From contig JBGANV010000001.1 in the NCBI GenBank assembly GCA_044222185.1, positions 608,001-672,000 on the forward strand: DNA of 64,000 nt, in the 5' to 3' direction. This document shows positions 60,623-64,000 of this stretch, in pieces. The translations under genes and the position numbers were made by a program. Numbering within the stretch: position 1 is the stretch's first letter; the number at the start of each line of letters is the position of its first letter. The stretch comes from Planctomycetota bacterium (lineage in GTDB: Bacteria; Planctomycetota; GCA-002687715; CAIWVZ01). Below the pieces are notes generated by a model that searched no databases, was not told where the DNA came from, and was given only the letters and a program-made list of their open reading frames with translations.

Positions 60623-61132
60623 ATGAAAGGCTTTCTTACTGGTGCTTGTGCCGCGACCGTGCTGTTCGCGTTGACGTCGTTCGCGTACTGGTCGGGAAAA
60701 ACGGAGAGCGCTGTCTCGCCAGCACTGGTAGCGAAACCAACCGGACCTGTCGTCCTCCGCGATTTGCCGCTCAATCGGTCGTTCCAGGCGAACGTCCCCT
60801 ACAGCAACAACGACGTGTTCGCCCAGATGAGTCTTCAATGTCCTCCGACCGCGGGAGTCGCAATCACTCAGATTGTCGGCTCTGCGAACATCGGTGGCGG
60901 CGGCATCTATCGGGTAGAGATCCGGATCAACGGCACGACCGTTGCTCGCCGTGGGCCACCCCAAACCACAAGTGGGGCGGCAGTGCCAGCAGCCGTCGAG
61001 TTCACGTTTGACCCGCCGATCATCGCGCCTCCGAACGCCGCGATCATGCTCGTAATCGAAGATCCTTGGTACTACCCCACCATTGGAAGCTTGACGATCG
61101 GCGGCTGGACCCTCGGTCTCGGCGACGTGTGA
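60623..61132 (+). CDS. Hypothetical exported protein (island cargo)
   Basis: RBS AAGGAG, N-terminal hydrophobic segment, beta-rich 169 aa. Confidence 0.7.
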   Translation: MKGFLTGACAATVLFALTSFAYWSGKTESAVSPALVAKPTGPVVLRDLPLNRSFQANVPYSNNDVFAQMSLQCPPTAGVAITQIVGSANIGGGGIYRVEIRINGTTVARRGPPQTTSGAAVPAAVEFTFDPPIIAPPNAAIMLVIEDPWYYPTIGSLTIGGWTLGLGDV

Positions 61133-61338
61133 GATGGCGCGAAGCGCAGATGCAGAGACAAGGTCGATAGCCTTCGGCGCGCAGGCGAGAGGCCGGGTCC
61201 CCCCTTCGCGGCAGGCTGGCCCGCGGGTTCACCTTCGTCGCGATCCATGCGCCCGTGAGACAAGCGCCGACGCGCGCGGCGTGGTGTCGGGTCGGTGAGG
61301 TGGCGCTGGATCGAGCACAGGGCGGCGGGGCGTGATGC

Positions 61339-61890
61339 TCAAAGGAGAACGGCCTGGAAAACCATCCGCAGACGTCGATTCCCATGGTTTTCCGTGGTCT
61401 CGACGAGCGTCACCGGCGCATCGTCGGAGAACGTCTGTCCTCCGCCCGGGACCTTCCATGCGTAGATGCCCGCACTTCGTGCTCCCTCGAACTCGCGGGG
61501 CATGACCGCGTCGATCCAGATGGTCTGCCCGAAGCCGTCGGTCTCCCCCTTGAACGCGTACTTCAGCAGGTGGTTGGGGCCCGATTCGTTGGGCGTGCAA
61601 TCGAGCGTCACCAGTCCCACGTGGTTCAGCGTGAGCGGCCCGTCGTTCGAGTGATTCGAACCGAGTTGCTGAGTGGCCACGATGGCCTCGGAATCAGCAT
61701 CGATCGCGGTCATGTCGAAGCGCAACCCGCGTTTCGGGCCGTGGTACTCGATGCGGCAGAACTGGCTTCCGTGGCTCGTGGATTGCTGAAGCAGAGTCAC
61801 TGCATCTCCAGGCGCCTCGACCGCGTGGATCCTCACGCGTCCCGAGGGCAGCGCGTCTCGCGAGCAGCTGAAGTGGGTTCCGACGACCAC
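61339..61890 (-). CDS. Hypothetical protein, possible lipoprotein (start uncertain)
   Basis: Protein-like composition; frame stays open upstream (KRNFQLACALVVVGTHFSC). Confidence 0.5.
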   Translation of the reverse strand: MVVGTHFSCSRDALPSGRVRIHAVEAPGDAVTLLQQSTSHGSQFCRIEYHGPKRGLRFDMTAIDADSEAIVATQQLGSNHSNDGPLTLNHVGLVTLDCTPNESGPNHLLKYAFKGETDGFGQTIWIDAVMPREFEGARSAGIYAWKVPGGGQTFSDDAPVTLVETTENHGNRRLRMVFQAVLL

Positions 61891-62020
61891 GAGGGCGCAC
61901 GCGAGTTGGAAATTCCTCTTCGCCCGGCTCCGTCCTTGGGTGGTTTCGATGACGAGGGTCGCCGCACGCGTGCGGTGGCGGGTCCGGTCAGGCCGCTGCC
62001 GCCGCCACCGCTGGCGTGTG

Positions 62021-64000
62021 CTACCAGCTCACGATGAGCATGTAGTCATAGGCTCCCGTTGCGCCGACTCCTGGAATCTGGTCGACAGCGAGGAAATGTG
62101 GCACACCCAGCGTGAGGAAGAACGGTCCGTCTGGATCGATGAGAGGGTTCGTCGCGGAGCCTGGAATTCCTGCCATGCCGGCGAACGCGGCCGTTCCCGG
62201 TCCGCCGTTGTTCTGGACCGAGACCGCGGTCGTTGGTGACGTCATGGCGACGAGCCGCAGGATCACGTCTTGCCGCGGGTTCGTCGGCGCGCCGGTCCAC
62301 ATCTGGCTTTCCGGTTGAGTCACCGGGAAACACGTGGCCGGCGGAGTGCTGGAAAACTGCGAGGGCGCACAGCGCGTGAGGATCTGACCCGTCGTCCGAT
62401 CGAACTCGGCGAGGAACGCTCGGATGGGAGTTGCGGGCGGCAGCGAGGGGAGGAGCCACCGATCAACCTCCGACGCCGAGGCCTTCTGCCCGATCACGGC
62501 GTACGCCCCGGCCGACCTGGGAAACGCCCCAGACGCGACAGGTGCCGAGGTCTGCGCGGCCTCGGTGTAGATCTTGGATGACCACGGGGTCGCGAACACC
62601 CAGTTCTCGATCTGGTCCGGCGACACGAGAGCATTCGTGCAGCCGGTGGTCCCGATCACGAGCGGTCCGCCGATGGCCTGCGCGTGGACCGGATTGAGGT
62701 AGAAGAGAATTTCGTCGGGTCGGACGGCGAAGACGTCGACCGCGTGGCCGTTCACGCAGGCCGACGCCAGGGGAGCGGTGGCGTTGAAGCCGGACCCCAC
62801 GGCACTGAAGAGATGACCGTCGCGCGATCCGGCGGCGGACGAGACCGGGCCTTGGTTCGGGCAGATCGCGTTGCGTGGGAACGGGAACGGGTTGCCCGCG
62901 GCGAGCGGCGTCAGCGATGGCGTCCCGAGCGCGGTCACATCCTGCACGCCTATGTCGTTGCGCGCCGTCAGCCGCAATCCCGTCGGGCTGGTGGGATCCT
63001 GGCACACACCTTGGATCGAGCCGAGCCGCGCGGTCCCCTGTGGGGGGAGTACGTAGGGAAGGCTGACGGACCCGACAGCGGCGGGGTTCGGCGGGCCGAA
63101 CAACCCGAGGCCGTCGTAGAGCGGAATCAGCGGCTGGTTCAGATCGAGGTCGACCGACCCCACCCCTGGGATCGTCGTTCCGGCGGCTGGGACGCCGAGC
63201 AGGAGCAGCATCGGCAACCCCGGTCCTGCGGTCTGCACGGACGTCACGTTCGCGGATGTCACGCCCCAGTACTCGTGCGGTCCGTCTCCCTGTTGGAAGA
63301 CGCCGAGCTGCACCAACGACGCGGTGGGCGAATTGCGCTGCCCACCGATGGGAGCTGGCAATCGCCCGGGGATGACCCCGCAATCGGCATCCGCCCGCGT
63401 TCCAAACCAGGTTTCGACCTGGTCGTTCGACGTGTTCGTCTCGGAGACGGCGCCGGGTGCCGGGCTGATCGTGATGACGACTCGATCACCGGATCGGAGG
63501 TCCACCTGGTCCACGGGCGAGGACCCGGAGTAGTTGCAGCTGCATTCCTCGGTGGGTGTTTCGCCGTTGACGATCTTCATCGGCTCGCAAACGCCGGTGA
63601 GGTTGGCGATGACCGGACAGCTCCCCGTGCACACTGGCGGATTCCCCGTGCCCGTGCAGACGTATCCCGTGCCGGGATGAGTGATGGTCTGGGACGTCGT
63701 CCCCTGTCCATTCACCGTCGTGCTCACGACGAATGAGAGGTCGACGGGGACCACCTCGTTCGACCGGATCCCGTAGTGGAGCACGATGTCGTAGCGTCCG
63801 TCGCCGAGCGGCACGAAGCGCACGCGGTCGATCCAACGGTCGTGGACGACGGGTAGCGGGCCGAAGTCGAGCTTCATCTTCAGTCCCATGGCTCCGGACG
63901 CCGTGCTGACCGGAGCGTCGTAGCCGGGCGCGGTCGCTCGGAACGGCTCCGTGCTCGTCCGATGGCATGCGCCATCCCACGTCACCGATGCGCCCTGGTA
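62021..64000 (-). CDS. Large multidomain extracellular-type protein (5' partial)
   Basis: Frame open to the window edge; Cys-rich insert, IPT/TIG-like GSGF...VNG segment, Pro/Thr/Gly-rich beta domains. Confidence 0.75.
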   Translation of the reverse strand, partial: YQGASVTWDGACHRTSTEPFRATAPGYDAPVSTASGAMGLKMKLDFGPLPVVHDRWIDRVRFVPLGDGRYDIVLHYGIRSNEVVPVDLSFVVSTTVNGQGTTSQTITHPGTGYVCTGTGNPPVCTGSCPVIANLTGVCEPMKIVNGETPTEECSCNYSGSSPVDQVDLRSGDRVVITISPAPGAVSETNTSNDQVETWFGTRADADCGVIPGRLPAPIGGQRNSPTASLVQLGVFQQGDGPHEYWGVTSANVTSVQTAGPGLPMLLLLGVPAAGTTIPGVGSVDLDLNQPLIPLYDGLGLFGPPNPAAVGSVSLPYVLPPQGTARLGSIQGVCQDPTSPTGLRLTARNDIGVQDVTALGTPSLTPLAAGNPFPFPRNAICPNQGPVSSAAGSRDGHLFSAVGSGFNATAPLASACVNGHAVDVFAVRPDEILFYLNPVHAQAIGGPLVIGTTGCTNALVSPDQIENWVFATPWSSKIYTEAAQTSAPVASGAFPRSAGAYAVIGQKASASEVDRWLLPSLPPATPIRAFLAEFDRTTGQILTRCAPSQFSSTPPATCFPVTQPESQMWTGAPTNPRQDVILRLVAMTSPTTAVSVQNNGGPGTAAFAGMAGIPGSATNPLIDPDGPFFLTLGVPHFLAVDQIPGVGATGAYDYMLIVSW

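Larger units (their letters stand above)
59203..64000. mobile_element. Left end of a tRNA-integrated genomic island (extends beyond the window)
   Basis: Integrase directly adjacent to the tRNA 3' end, followed by unrecognised cargo genes; the second att copy is not visible. Confidence 0.7.

Overview
High-GC bacterial chromosomal window, probably Planctomycetota (inferred from protein families, not proven). 1-2.6 kb: end of moaC, a MogA/MoaB gene and accB-accC. 2.7-30.7 kb: a ~28 kb envelope-glycan locus with nucleotide-sugar genes (uxs-like, glmS, UDP-HexNAc dehydrogenase, epimerases, wecB, rmlA/D/B, GT2). These are followed by an export/polymerisation block resembling the exosortase-A/PEP-CTERM-associated EPS locus, but no exosortase gene is visible. 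30.8-59 kb: methyltransferase, BadF-type kinase, MrfA/MrfB-like helicase-exonuclease pair, M28 peptidase, ferredoxin, PKD protein, sugar ABC importer, secreted amidase, PhyH dioxygenase, Wzx plus two GT4, FHA protein, ABC module, rsfS and an ECF sigma factor. 59.1 kb-end: tRNA-Ile2(CAT) and the left end of an integrated element; its tyrosine integrase has an in-frame TGA near the N-terminus and reads antisense into the tRNA. Top finding: two ORF-track fragments at 36.4-37.4 kb form one signal-peptide-bearing thioredoxin-fold gene with an in-frame TGA at a redox motif (WWGNH-U-GPC) followed by a SECIS-like hairpin, i.e. a probable exported selenoprotein. Also notable: a ~110-125 aa domain apparently shared by three unrelated secreted proteins (candidate sorting module), an unannotated 42-aa membrane protein, and two structured leaders in the EPS locus. 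All family calls are by-eye motif recognition; no searches were run.
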